Source: Naegleria gruberi (taxonomy: Eukaryota). From it: a DNA stretch of 40,673 nucleotides. The notes under the pieces are model-generated. The model made no database searches and was not told where the DNA came from. It saw only the letters and a program-made list of their open reading frames with translations. Location: assembly GCA_000004985.1 (NCBI GenBank), contig GG738955.1. The stretch is one strand, 5' to 3'. Both the position numbers and the translations under genes were made by a program. Shown here piece after piece: positions 19,001-29,902 of this stretch (position 1 is the first letter of the stretch; each line of letters starts with the position of its first letter).

Positions 19001-22000
19001 NNNNNNNNNNNNNNNNNNNNNNNNNNNNNNNNNNNNNNNNNNNNNNNNNNNNNNNNNNNNNNNNNNNNNNNNNNNNNNNNNNNNNNNNNNNNNNNNNNNN
19101 NNNNNNNNNNNNNNNNNNNNNNNNNNNNNNNNNNNNNNNNNNNNNNNNNNNNNNNNNNNNNNNNNNNNNNNNNNNNNNNNNNNNNNNNNNNNNNNNNNNN
19201 NNNNNNNNNNNNNNNNNNNNNNNNNNNNNNNNNNNNNNNNNNNNNNNNNNNNNNNNNNNNNNNNNNNNNNNNNNNNNNNNNNNNNNNNNNNNNNNNNNNN
19301 NNNNNNNNNNNNNNNNNNNNNNNNNNNNNNNNNNNNNNNNNNNNNNNNNNNNNNNNNNNNNNNNNNNNNNNNNNNNNNNNNNNNNNNNNNNNNNNNNNNN
19401 NNNNNNNNNNNNNNNNNNNNNNNNNNNNNNNNNNNNNNNNNNNNNNNNNNNNNNNNNNNNNNNNNNNNNNNNNNNNNNNNNNNNNNNNNNNNNNNNNNNN
19501 NNNNNNNNNNNNNNNNNNNNNNNNNNNNNNNNNNNNNNNNNNNNNNNNNNNNNNNNNNNNNNNNNNNNNNNNNNNNNNNNNNNNNNNNNNNNNNNNNNNN
19601 NNNNNNNNNNNNNNNNNNNNNNNNNNNNNNNNNNNNNNNNNNNNNNNNNNNNNNNNNNNNNNNNNNNNNNNNNNNNNNNNNNNNNNNNNNNNNNNNNNNN
19701 NNNNNNNNNNNNNNNNNNNNNNNNNNNNNNNNNNNNNNNNNNNNNNNNNNNNNNNNNNNNNNNNNNNNNNNNNNNNNNNNNNNNNNNNNNNNNNNNNNNN
19801 NNNNNNNNNNNNNNNNNNNNNNNNNNNNNNNNNNNNNNNNNNNNNNNNNNNNNNNNNNNNNNNNNNNNNNNNNNNNNNNNNNNNNNNNNNNNNNNNNNNN
19901 NNNNNNNNNNNNNNNNNNNNNNNNNNNNNNNNNNNNNNNNNNNNNNNNNNNNNNNNNNNNNNNNNNNNNNNNNNNNNNNNNNNNNNNNNNNNNNNNNNNN
20001 NNNNNNNNNNNNNNNNNNNNNNNNNNNNNNNNNNNNNNNNNNNNNNNNNNNNNNNNNNNNNNNNNNNNNNNNNNNNNNNNNNNNNNNNNNNNNNNNNNNN
20101 NNNNNNNNNNNNNNNNNNNNNNNNNNNNNNNNNNNNNNNNNNNNNNNNNNNNNNNNNNNNNNNNNNNNNNNNNNNNNNNNNNNNNNNNNNNNNNNNNNNN
20201 NNNNNNNNNNNNNNNNNNNNNNNNNNNNNNNNNNNNNNNNNNNNNNNNNNNNNNNNNNNNNNNNNNNNNNNNNNNNNNNNNNNNNNNNNNNNNNNNNNNN
20301 NNNNNNNNNNNNNNNNNNNNNNNNNNNNNNNNNNNNNNNNNNNNNNNNNNNNNNNNNNNNNNNNNNNNNNNNNNNNNNNNNNNNNNNNNNNNNNNNNNNN
20401 NNNNNNNNNNNNNNNNNNNNNNNNNNNNNNNNNNNNNNNNNNNNNNNNNNNNNNNNNNNNNNNNNNNNNNNNNNNNNNNNNNNNNNNNNNNNNNNNNNNN
20501 NNNNNNNNNNNNNNNNNNNNNNNNNNNNNNNNNNNNNNNNNNNNNNNNNNNNNNNNNNNNNNNNNNNNNNNNNNNNNNNNNNNNNNNNNNNNNNNNNNNN
20601 NNNNNNNNNNNNNNNNNNNNNNNNNNNNNNNNNNNNNNNNNNNNNNNNNNNNNNNNNNNNNNNNNNNNNNNNNNNNNNNNNNNNNNNNNNNNNNNNNNNN
20701 NNNNNNNNNNNNNNNNNNNNNNNNNNNNNNNNNNNNNNNNNNNNNNNNNNNNNNNNNNNNNNNNNNNNNNNNNNNNNNNNNNNNNNNNNNNNNNNNNNNN
20801 NNNNNNNNNNNNNNNNNNNNNNNNNNNNNNNNNNNNNNNNNNNNNNNNNNNNNNNNNNNNNNNNNNNNNNNNNNNNNNNNNNNNNNNNNNNNNNNNNNNN
20901 NNNNNNNNNNNNNNNNNNNNNNNNNNNNNNNNNNNNNNNNNNNNNNNNNNNNNNNNNNNNNNNNNNNNNNNNNNNNNNNNNNNNNNNNNNNNNNNNNNNN
21001 NNNNNNNNNNNNNNNNNNNNNNNNNNNNNNNNNNNNNNNNNNNNNNNNNNNNNNNNNNNNNNNNNNNNNNNNNNNNNNNNNNNNNNNNNNNNNNNNNNNN
21101 NNNNNNNNNNNNNNNNNNNNNNNNNNNNNNNNNNNNNNNNNNNNNNNNNNNNNNNNNNNNNNNNNNNNNNNNNNNNNNNNNNNNNNNNNNNNNNNNNNNN
21201 NNNNNNNNNNNNNNNNNNNNNNNNNNNNNNNNNNNNNNNNNNNNNNNNNNNNNNNNNNNNNNNNNNNNNNNNNNNNNNNNNNNNNNNNNNNNNNNNNNNN
21301 NNNNNNNNNNNNNNNNNNNNNNNNNNNNNNNNNNNNNNNNNNNNNNNNNNNNNNNNNNNNNNNNNNNNNNNNNNNNNNNNNNNNNNNNNNNNNNNNNNNN
21401 NNNNNNNNNNNNNNNNNNNNNNNNNNNNNNNNNNNNNNNNNNNNNNNNNNNNNNNNNNNNNNNNNNNNNNNNNNNNNNNNNNNNNNNNNNNNNNNNNNNN
21501 NNNNNNNNNNNNNNNNNNNNNNNNNNNNNNNNNNNNNNNNNNNNNNNNNNNNNNNNNNNNNNNNNNNNNNNNNNNNNNNNNNNNNNNNNNNNNNNNNNNN
21601 NNNNNNNNNNNNNNNNNNNNNNNNNNNNNNNNNNNNNNNNNNNNNNNNNNNNNNNNNNNNNNNNNNNNNNNNNNNNNNNNNNNNNNNNNNNNNNNNNNNN
21701 NNNNNNNNNNNNNNNNNNNNNNNNNNNNNNNNNNNNNNNNNNNNNNNNNNNNNNNNNNNNNNNNNNNNNNNNNNNNNNNNNNNNNNNNNNNNNNNNNNNN
21801 NNNNNNNNNNNNNNNNNNNNNNNNNNNNNNNNNNNNNNNNNNNNNNNNNNNNNNNNNNNNNNNNNNNNNNNNNNNNNNNNNNNNNNNNNNNNNNNNNNNN
21901 NNNNNNNNNNNNNNNNNNNNNNNNNNNNNNNNNNNNNNNNNNNNNNNNNNNNNNNNNNNNNNNNNNNNNNNNNNNNNNNNNNNNNNNNNNNNNNNNNNNN

Positions 22001-25000
22001 NNNNNNNNNNNNNNNNNNNNNNNNNNNNNNNNNNNNNNNNNNNNNNNNNNNNNNNNNNNNNNNNNNNNNNNNNNNNNNNNNNNNNNNNNNNNNNNNNNNN
22101 NNNNNNNNNNNNNNNNNNNNNNNNNNNNNNNNNNNNNNNNNNNNNNNNNNNNNNNNNNNNNNNNNNNNNNNNNNNNNNNNNNNNNNNNNNNNNNNNNNNN
22201 NNNNNNNNNNNNNNNNNNNNNNNNNNNNNNNNNNNNNNNNNNNNNNNNNNNNNNNNNNNNNNNNNNNNNNNNNNNNNNNNNNNNNNNNNNNNNNNNNNNN
22301 NNNNNNNNNNNNNNNNNNNNNNNNNNNNNNNNNNNNNNNNNNNNNNNNNNNNNNNNNNNNNNNNNNNNNNNNNNNNNNNNNNNNNNNNNNNNNNNNNNNN
22401 NNNNNNNNNNNNNNNNNNNNNNNNNNNNNNNNNNNNNNNNNNNNNNNNNNNNNNNNNNNNNNNNNNNNNNNNNNNNNNNNNNNNNNNNNNNNNNNNNNNN
22501 NNNNNNNNNNNNNNNNNNNNNNNNNNNNNNNNNNNNNNNNNNNNNNNNNNNNNNNNNNNNNNNNNNNNNNNNNNNNNNNNNNNNNNNNNNNNNNNNNNNN
22601 NNNNNNNNNNNNNNNNNNNNNNNNNNNNNNNNNNNNNNNNNNNNNNNNNNNNNNNNNNNNNNNNNNNNNNNNNNNNNNNNNNNNNNNNNNNNNNNNNNNN
22701 NNNNNNNNNNNNNNNNNNNNNNNNNNNNNNNNNNNNNNNNNNNNNNNNNNNNNNNNNNNNNNNNNNNNNNNNNNNNNNNNNNNNNNNNNNNNNNNNNNNN
22801 NNNNNNNNNNNNNNNNNNNNNNNNNNNNNNNNNNNNNNNNNNNNNNNNNNNNNNNNNNNNNNNNNNNNNNNNNNNNNNNNNNNNNNNNNNNNNNNNNNNN
22901 NNNNNNNNNNNNNNNNNNNNNNNNNNNNNNNNNNNNNNNNNNNNNNNNNNNNNNNNNNNNNNNNNNNNNNNNNNNNNNNNNNNNNNNNNNNNNNNNNNNN
23001 NNNNNNNNNNNNNNNNNNNNNNNNNNNNNNNNNNNNNNNNNNNNNNNNNNNNNNNNNNNNNNNNNNNNNNNNNNNNNNNNNNNNNNNNNNNNNNNNNNNN
23101 NNNNNNNNNNNNNNNNNNNNNNNNNNNNNNNNNNNNNNNNNNNNNNNNNNNNNNNNNNNNNNNNNNNNNNNNNNNNNNNNNNNNNNNNNNNNNNNNNNNN
23201 NNNNNNNNNNNNNNNNNNNNNNNNNNNNNNNNNNNNNNNNNNNNNNNNNNNNNNNNNNNNNNNNNNNNNNNNNNNNNNNNNNNNNNNNNNNNNNNNNNNN
23301 NNNNNNNNNNNNNNNNNNNNNNNNNNNNNNNNNNNNNNNNNNNNNNNNNNNNNNNNNNNNNNNNNNNNNNNNNNNNNNNNNNNNNNNNNNNNNNNNNNNN
23401 NNNNNNNNNNNNNNNNNNNNNNNNNNNNNNNNNNNNNNNNNNNNNNNNNNNNNNNNNNNNNNNNNNNNNNNNNNNNNNNNNNNNNNNNNNNNNNNNNNNN
23501 NNNNNNNNNNNNNNNNNNNNNNNNNNNNNNNNNNNNNNNNNNNNNNNNNNNNNNNNNNNNNNNNNNNNNNNNNNNNNNNNNNNNNNNNNNNNNNNNNNNN
23601 NNNNNNNNNNNNNNNNNNNNNNNNNNNNNNNNNNNNNNNNNNNNNNNNNNNNNNNNNNNNNNNNNNNNNNNNNNNNNNNNNNNNNNNNNNNNNNNNNNNN
23701 NNNNNNNNNNNNNNNNNNNNNNNNNNNNNNNNNNNNNNNNNNNNNNNNNNNNNNNNNNNNNNNNNNNNNNNNNNNNNNNNNNNNNNNNNNNNNNNNNNNN
23801 NNNNNNNNNNNNNNNNNNNNNNNNNNNNNNNNNNNNNNNNNNNNNNNNNNNNNNNNNNNNNNNNNNNNNNNNNNNNNNNNNNNNNNNNNNNNNNNNNNNN
23901 NNNNNNNNNNNNNNNNNNNNNNNNNNNNNNNNNNNNNNNNNNNNNNNNNNNNNNNNNNNNNNNNNNNNNNNNNNNNNNNNNNNNNNNNNNNNNNNNNNNN
24001 NNNNNNNNNNNNNNNNNNNNNNNNNNNNNNNNNNNNNNNNNNNNNNNNNNNNNNNNNNNNNNNNNNNNNNNNNNNNNNNNNNNNNNNNNNNNNNNNNNNN
24101 NNNNNNNNNNNNNNNNNNNNNNNNNNNNNNNNNNNNNNNNNNNNNNNNNNNNNNNNNNNNNNNNNNNNNNNNNNNNNNNNNNNNNNNNNNNNNNNNNNNN
24201 NNNNNNNNNNNNNNNNNNNNNNNNNNNNNNNNNNNNNNNNNNNNNNNNNNNNNNNNNNNNNNNNNNNNNNNNNNNNNNNNNNNNNNNNNNNNNNNNNNNN
24301 NNNNNNNNNNNNNNNNNNNNNNNNNNNNNNNNNNNNNNNNNNNNNNNNNNNNNNNNNNNNNNNNNNNNNNNNNNNNNNNNNNNNNNNNNNNNNNNNNNNN
24401 NNNNNNNNNNNNNNNNNNNNNNNNNNNNNNNNNNNNNNNNNNNNNNNNNNNNNNNNNNNNNNNNNNNNNNNNNNNNNNNNNNNNNNNNNNNNNNNNNNNN
24501 NNNNNNNNNNNNNNNNNNNNNNNNNNNNNNNNNNNNNNNNNNNNNNNNNNNNNNNNNNNNNNNNNNNNNNNNNNNNNNNNNNNNNNNNNNNNNNNNNNNN
24601 NNNNNNNNNNNNNNNNNNNNNNNNNNNNNNNNNNNNNNNNNNNNNNNNNNNNNNNNNNNNNNNNNNNNNNNNNNNNNNNNNNNNNNNNNNNNNNNNNNNN
24701 NNNNNNNNNNNNNNNNNNNNNNNNNNNNNNNNNNNNNNNNNNNNNNNNNNNNNNNNNNNNNNNNNNNNNNNNNNNNNNNNNNNNNNNNNNNNNNNNNNNN
24801 NNNNNNNNNNNNNNNNNNNNNNNNNNNNNNNNNNNNNNNNNNNNNNNNNNNNNNNNNNNNNNNNNNNNNNNNNNNNNNNNNNNNNNNNNNNNNNNNNNNN
24901 NNNNNNNNNNNNNNNNNNNNNNNNNNNNNNNNNNNNNNNNNNNNNNNNNNNNNNNNNNNNNNNNNNNNNNNNNNNNNNNNNNNNNNNNNNNNNNNNNNNN

Positions 25001-28000
25001 NNNNNNNNNNNNNNNNNNNNNNNNNNNNNNNNNNNNNNNNNNNNNNNNNNNNNNNNNNNNNNNNNNNNNNNNNNNNNNNNNNNNNNNNNNNNNNNNNNNN
25101 NNNNNNNNNNNNNNNNNNNNNNNNNNNNNNNNNNNNNNNNNNNNNNNNNNNNNNNNNNNNNNNNNNNNNNNNNNNNNNNNNNNNNNNNNNNNNNNNNNNN
25201 NNNNNNNNNNNNNNNNNNNNNNNNNNNNNNNNNNNNNNNNNNNNNNNNNNNNNNNNNNNNNNNNNNNNNNNNNNNNNNNNNNNNNNNNNNNNNNNNNNNN
25301 NNNNNNNNNNNNNNNNNNNNNNNNNNNNNNNNNNNNNNNNNNNNNNNNNNNNNNNNNNNNNNNNNNNNNNNNNNNNNNNNNNNNNNNNNNNNNNNNNNNN
25401 NNNNNNNNNNNNNNNNNNNNNNNNNNNNNNNNNNNNNNNNNNNNNNNNNNNNNNNNNNNNNNNNNNNNNNNNNNNNNNNNNNNNNNNNNNNNNNNNNNNN
25501 NNNNNNNNNNNNNNNNNNNNNNNNNNNNNNNNNNNNNNNNNNNNNNNNNNNNNNNNNNNNNNNNNNNNNNNNNNNNNNNNNNNNNNNNNNNNNNNNNNNN
25601 NNNNNNNNNNNNNNNNNNNNNNNNNNNNNNNNNNNNNNNNNNNNNNNNNNNNNNNNNNNNNNNNNNNNNNNNNNNNNNNNNNNNNNNNNNNNNNNNNNNN
25701 NNNNNNNNNNNNNNNNNNNNNNNNNNNNNNNNNNNNNNNNNNNNNNNNNNNNNNNNNNNNNNNNNNNNNNNNNNNNNNNNNNNNNNNNNNNNNNNNNNNN
25801 NNNNNNNNNNNNNNNNNNNNNNNNNNNNNNNNNNNNNNNNNNNNNNNNNNNNNNNNNNNNNNNNNNNNNNNNNNNNNNNNNNNNNNNNNNNNNNNNNNNN
25901 NNNNNNNNNNNNNNNNNNNNNNNNNNNNNNNNNNNNNNNNNNNNNNNNNNNNNNNNNNNNNNNNNNNNNNNNNNNNNNNNNNNNNNNNNNNNNNNNNNNN
26001 NNNNNNNNNNNNNNNNNNNNNNNNNNNNNNNNNNNNNNNNNNNNNNNNNNNNNNNNNNNNNNNNNNNNNNNNNNNNNNNNNNNNNNNNNNNNNNNNNNNN
26101 NNNNNNNNNNNNNNNNNNNNNNNNNNNNNNNNNNNNNNNNNNNNNNNNNNNNNNNNNNNNNNNNNNNNNNNNNNNNNNNNNNNNNNNNNNNNNNNNNNNN
26201 NNNNNNNNNNNNNNNNNNNNNNNNNNNNNNNNNNNNNNNNNNNNNNNNNNNNNNNNNNNNNNNNNNNNNNNNNNNNNNNNNNNNNNNNNNNNNNNNNNNN
26301 NNNNNNNNNNNNNNNNNNNNNNNNNNNNNNNNNNNNNNNNNNNNNNNNNNNNNNNNNNNNNNNNNNNNNNNNNNNNNNNNNNNNNNNNNNNNNNNNNNNN
26401 NNNNNNNNNNNNNNNNNNNNNNNNNNNNNNNNNNNNNNNNNNNNNNNNNNNNNNNNNNNNNNNNNNNNNNNNNNNNNNNNNNNNNNNNNNNNNNNNNNNN
26501 NNNNNNNNNNNNNNNNNNNNNNNNNNNNNNNNNNNNNNNNNNNNNNNNNNNNNNNNNNNNNNNNNNNNNNNNNNNNNNNNNNNNNNNNNNNNNNNNNNNN
26601 NNNNNNNNNNNNNNNNNNNNNNNNNNNNNNNNNNNNNNNNNNNNNNNNNNNNNNNNNNNNNNNNNNNNNNNNNNNNNNNNNNNNNNNNNNNNNNNNNNNN
26701 NNNNNNNNNNNNNNNNNNNNNNNNNNNNNNNNNNNNNNNNNNNNNNNNNNNNNNNNNNNNNNNNNNNNNNNNNNNNNNNNNNNNNNNNNNNNNNNNNNNN
26801 NNNNNNNNNNNNNNNNNNNNNNNNNNNNNNNNNNNNNNNNNNNNNNNNNNNNNNNNNNNNNNNNNNNNNNNNNNNNNNNNNNNNNNNNNNNNNNNNNNNN
26901 NNNNNNNNNNNNNNNNNNNNNNNNNNNNNNNNNNNNNNNNNNNNNNNNNNNNNNNNNNNNNNNNNNNNNNNNNNNNNNNNNNNNNNNNNNNNNNNNNNNN
27001 NNNNNNNNNNNNNNNNNNNNNNNNNNNNNNNNNNNNNNNNNNNNNNNNNNNNNNNNNNNNNNNNNNNNNNNNNNNNNNNNNNNNNNNNNNNNNNNNNNNN
27101 NNNNNNNNNNNNNNNNNNNNNNNNNNNNNNNNNNNNNNNNNNNNNNNNNNNNNNNNNNNNNNNNNNNNNNNNNNNNNNNNNNNNNNNNNNNNNNNNNNNN
27201 NNNNNNNNNNNNNNNNNNNNNNNNNNNNNNNNNNNNNNNNNNNNNNNNNNNNNNNNNNNNNNNNNNNNNNNNNNNNNNNNNNNNNNNNNNNNNNNNNNNN
27301 NNNNNNNNNNNNNNNNNNNNNNNNNNNNNNNNNNNNNNNNNNNNNNNNNNNNNNNNNNNNNNNNNNNNNNNNNNNNNNNNNNNNNNNNNNNNNNNNNNNN
27401 NNNNNNNNNNNNNNNNNNNNNNNNNNNNNNNNNNNNNNNNNNNNNNNNNNNNNNNNNNNNNNNNNNNNNNNNNNNNNNNNNNNNNNNNNNNNNNNNNNNN
27501 NNNNNNNNNNNNNNNNNNNNNNNNNNNNNNNNNNNNNNNNNNNNNNNNNNNNNNNNNNNNNNNNNNNNNNNNNNNNNNNNNNNNNNNNNNNNNNNNNNNN
27601 NNNNNNNNNNNNNNNNNNNNNNNNNNNNNNNNNNNNNNNNNNNNNNNNNNNNNNNNNNNNNNNNNNNNNNNNNNNNNNNNNNNNNNNNNNNNNNNNNNNN
27701 NNNNNNNNNNNNNNNNNNNNNNNNNNNNNNNNNNNNNNNNNNNNNNNNNNNNNNNNNNNNNNNNNNNNNNNNNNNNNNNNNNNNNNNNNNNNNNNNNNNN
27801 NNNNNNNNNNNNNNNNNNNNNNNNNNNNNNNNNNNNNNNNNNNNNNNNNNNNNNNNNNNNNNNNNNNNNNNNNNNNNNNNNNNNNNNNNNNNNNNNNNNN
27901 NNNNNNNNNNNNNNNNNNNNNNNNNNNNNNNNNNNNNNNNNNNNNNNNNNNNNNNNNNNNNNNNNNNNNNNNNNNNNNNNNNNNNNNNNNNNNNNNNNNN

Positions 28001-28286
28001 NNNNNNNNNNNNNNNNNNNNNNNNNNNNNNNNNNNNNNNNNNNNNNNNNNNNNNNNNNNNNNNNNNNNNNNNNNNNNNNNNNNNNNNNNNNNNNNNNNNN
28101 NNNNNNNNNNNNNNNNNNNNNNNNNNNNNNNNNNNNNNNNNNNNNNNNNNNNNNNNNNNNNNNNNNNNNNNNNNNNNNNNNNNNNNNNNNNNNNNNNNNN
28201 NNNNNNNNNNNNNNNNNNNNNNNNNNNNNNNNNNNNNNNNNNNNNNNNNNNNNNNNNNNNNNNNNNNNNNNNNNNNNNNNNNNNNN
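13097..28286. other. Assembly gap (15,190 N). The 5000-aa ORFs spanning it in the track are translated N.
   Basis: n run. Confidence 0.95.
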
Positions 28287-28624
28287 CAGCAAGATATTCC
28301 ATTATGTATTTTGATATGTGTCAATTATGTGATCTTCTTGATCTGAATGAACACTTAAATTCAGGACAATGTGTTGTTGGCCACTATATAGTGAGTAAGA
28401 AACGAGATGTTTTGATGGATACAAAAACAAAGAAGGTTTATCAGGTAGCGTCCTTTTCCGATGACTATAATTCTATACAGCTTGCAGCTATTGATGATCC
28501 AGAACGAATCATTGAGATATCAAGGAAAAAAGCATTTAAAATGCTTCCGTGTGTTGTTCTTGACTTTCCAAATAGGCCTAAAAAGTATATTCCAGTTCAT
28601 TACAACACATATCAATACATTTAA
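28287..28624 (+). CDS. C-terminal 112 codons of an unidentified protein whose body lies in the 15-kb gap. Stop is TAA at 28622-28624.
   Basis: 112 stop-free codons in AT-rich DNA with protein-like composition (…YFDMCQLCDLLDLNEHLNSGQCVVGHYIVSKKRDVLMDTKTKKVYQVASF…PNRPKKYIPVHYNTYQYI). I recognised no motif. Confidence 0.45.
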
Positions 28625-28642
28625 TACAGAGTTTATTAATTT

Positions 28643-28778
28643 CTTGACTTTGCGAAATTTCACATTGTTTGAAAAAATTTACAAGTCAGAACATTTTGTT
28701 GGGCATTTCTGCATTTCGCTTGGAGCGCAAAAATCCATTAACAAAAAATCGTTAAAAGTCAAGCCAGCATTTGCGAAA
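28643..28778. repeat. Short repeats in the intergenic region between convergent genes. There is a 9-bp inverted repeat, cttgacttt (28643-28651) and aaagtcaag (28755-28763). TTTGCGAAA appears as a direct repeat at 28649-28657 and 28770-28778. The inverted half gcatttcgc is at 28711-28719.
   Basis: Read directly from the sequence. The 11-mer ttcttgacttt also occurs at 28567-28577 and 28641-28651. Confidence 0.3.
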
Positions 28779-28889
28779 AGGGTTTAGCGGGTCAATAATA
28801 ATGTCAATAAAAAACATTTCACAATATAATTAATGCAAAATTTAATAATTTATATAATGGTGGTGGTATATGTACAGGGTGTTAATAAC

Positions 28890-29902
28890 TTAGAGTTCAA
28901 AATCGTATTTGTAAATGCTTTCAATTTCCTTCCAACGCTTTTCTTCAATTTCCAAGTCCTTAATGAGACCAGTTTCAATATCACACAACCAACCATGGAC
29001 GTGTAATGTTCTTCCCTTGGCCCAAGCATTTTGTACAACACTAGTCTTACAGAGATTGAGAGTTTGTTCAATAATATTGAGTTCAATCATACGGTGGATC
29101 TTTTTATCCTTATCCTCAATGGCATCAACTTCTGCCTTGTGGAGACGATAAACATCCTTAATATTTCTCAACCAGTGGTCAATTAAACCCAAATGCTTAT
29201 TTGTCAAAGCAGCCATAACACCACCACAACGAGTGTGGCCCATAACAATGACGTGTTTAACTTGCAAAACTTCAACAGCATATTGTAAAACTGACATGGC
29301 ATTAACATCAGTATTGACAACCAAGTTGGCAACATTTCTGTGAATGAAAATTTGACCTGGTTGGGTCTTGGTCAATTGATCAGGAGGTACACGACTATCA
29401 CTGCAACCAATTAACATGTAATCTGGTTTTTGAACATCCTTGATTCTATTGAAAAAGTCAGGATCAGAACCCAACTTGTCTGAAACAAATTCCTTATTGT
29501 TATTCAACAACTTTTCATAACTTTGTTGAGCAACAAGTTCTTCTTCAGTGAATTCTTCTTCGAATTGAATAGGTACATTAATACCAGCTGGTTTCTTTTG
29601 TAATAAACCTTCAATGGTGTAAGAAACATTAGGATCTGATGGTTCTGGACGAGAGAGATTTTGATTATTAGCAGCACTAAGTTGACTATAATCAATTTGA
29701 TGGGAACAACCTGCTTCACCCAATGATGAAGTAGATGATTTCTTCTTAATACTAATACCAGAGACTTTCTTCTTTGTGTTATGAGAGGATCCCGAATTGA
29801 ATTCTGATTCATCACCAGAAAGAGTATTTGGTGATACATCATTAACAGTCAAGTGTTGTGCTTGTTGATGATTTCCACCACAACATTGGCCATTATGTTC
29901 GT
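28890..29902 (-). CDS. Beta-class carbonic anhydrase with an N-terminal S/N/K-rich low-complexity extension of at least 150 aa. It is 5' partial: the frame is open into the gap and there is no ATG before it. Stop is TAA.
   Basis: Hallmark beta-CA zinc-site motifs are present. CSDSR (C-x-D-x-R) is at about 29405 downward, HTRCGG (H-x-x-C) is at about 29237, and the conserved Q.PG..F..RNVANLV stretch lies between them. The catalytic domain spans about 29450-28893. The track's 'M' at 29852 is TTG. The upstream in-frame codons (EHNGQCCGGNHQQAQHL) continue to 29902. Confidence 0.85.

Noticed and set aside
1116-28624. Very large ORFs in the track (1116-4220, 1131-4217, 13057-28302, 13079-28624 and others) made mostly of X.
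   Set aside because: They are artefacts of translating N-runs. Only the short real-sequence tails were evaluated, and 28287-28624 was kept as a C-terminal fragment.
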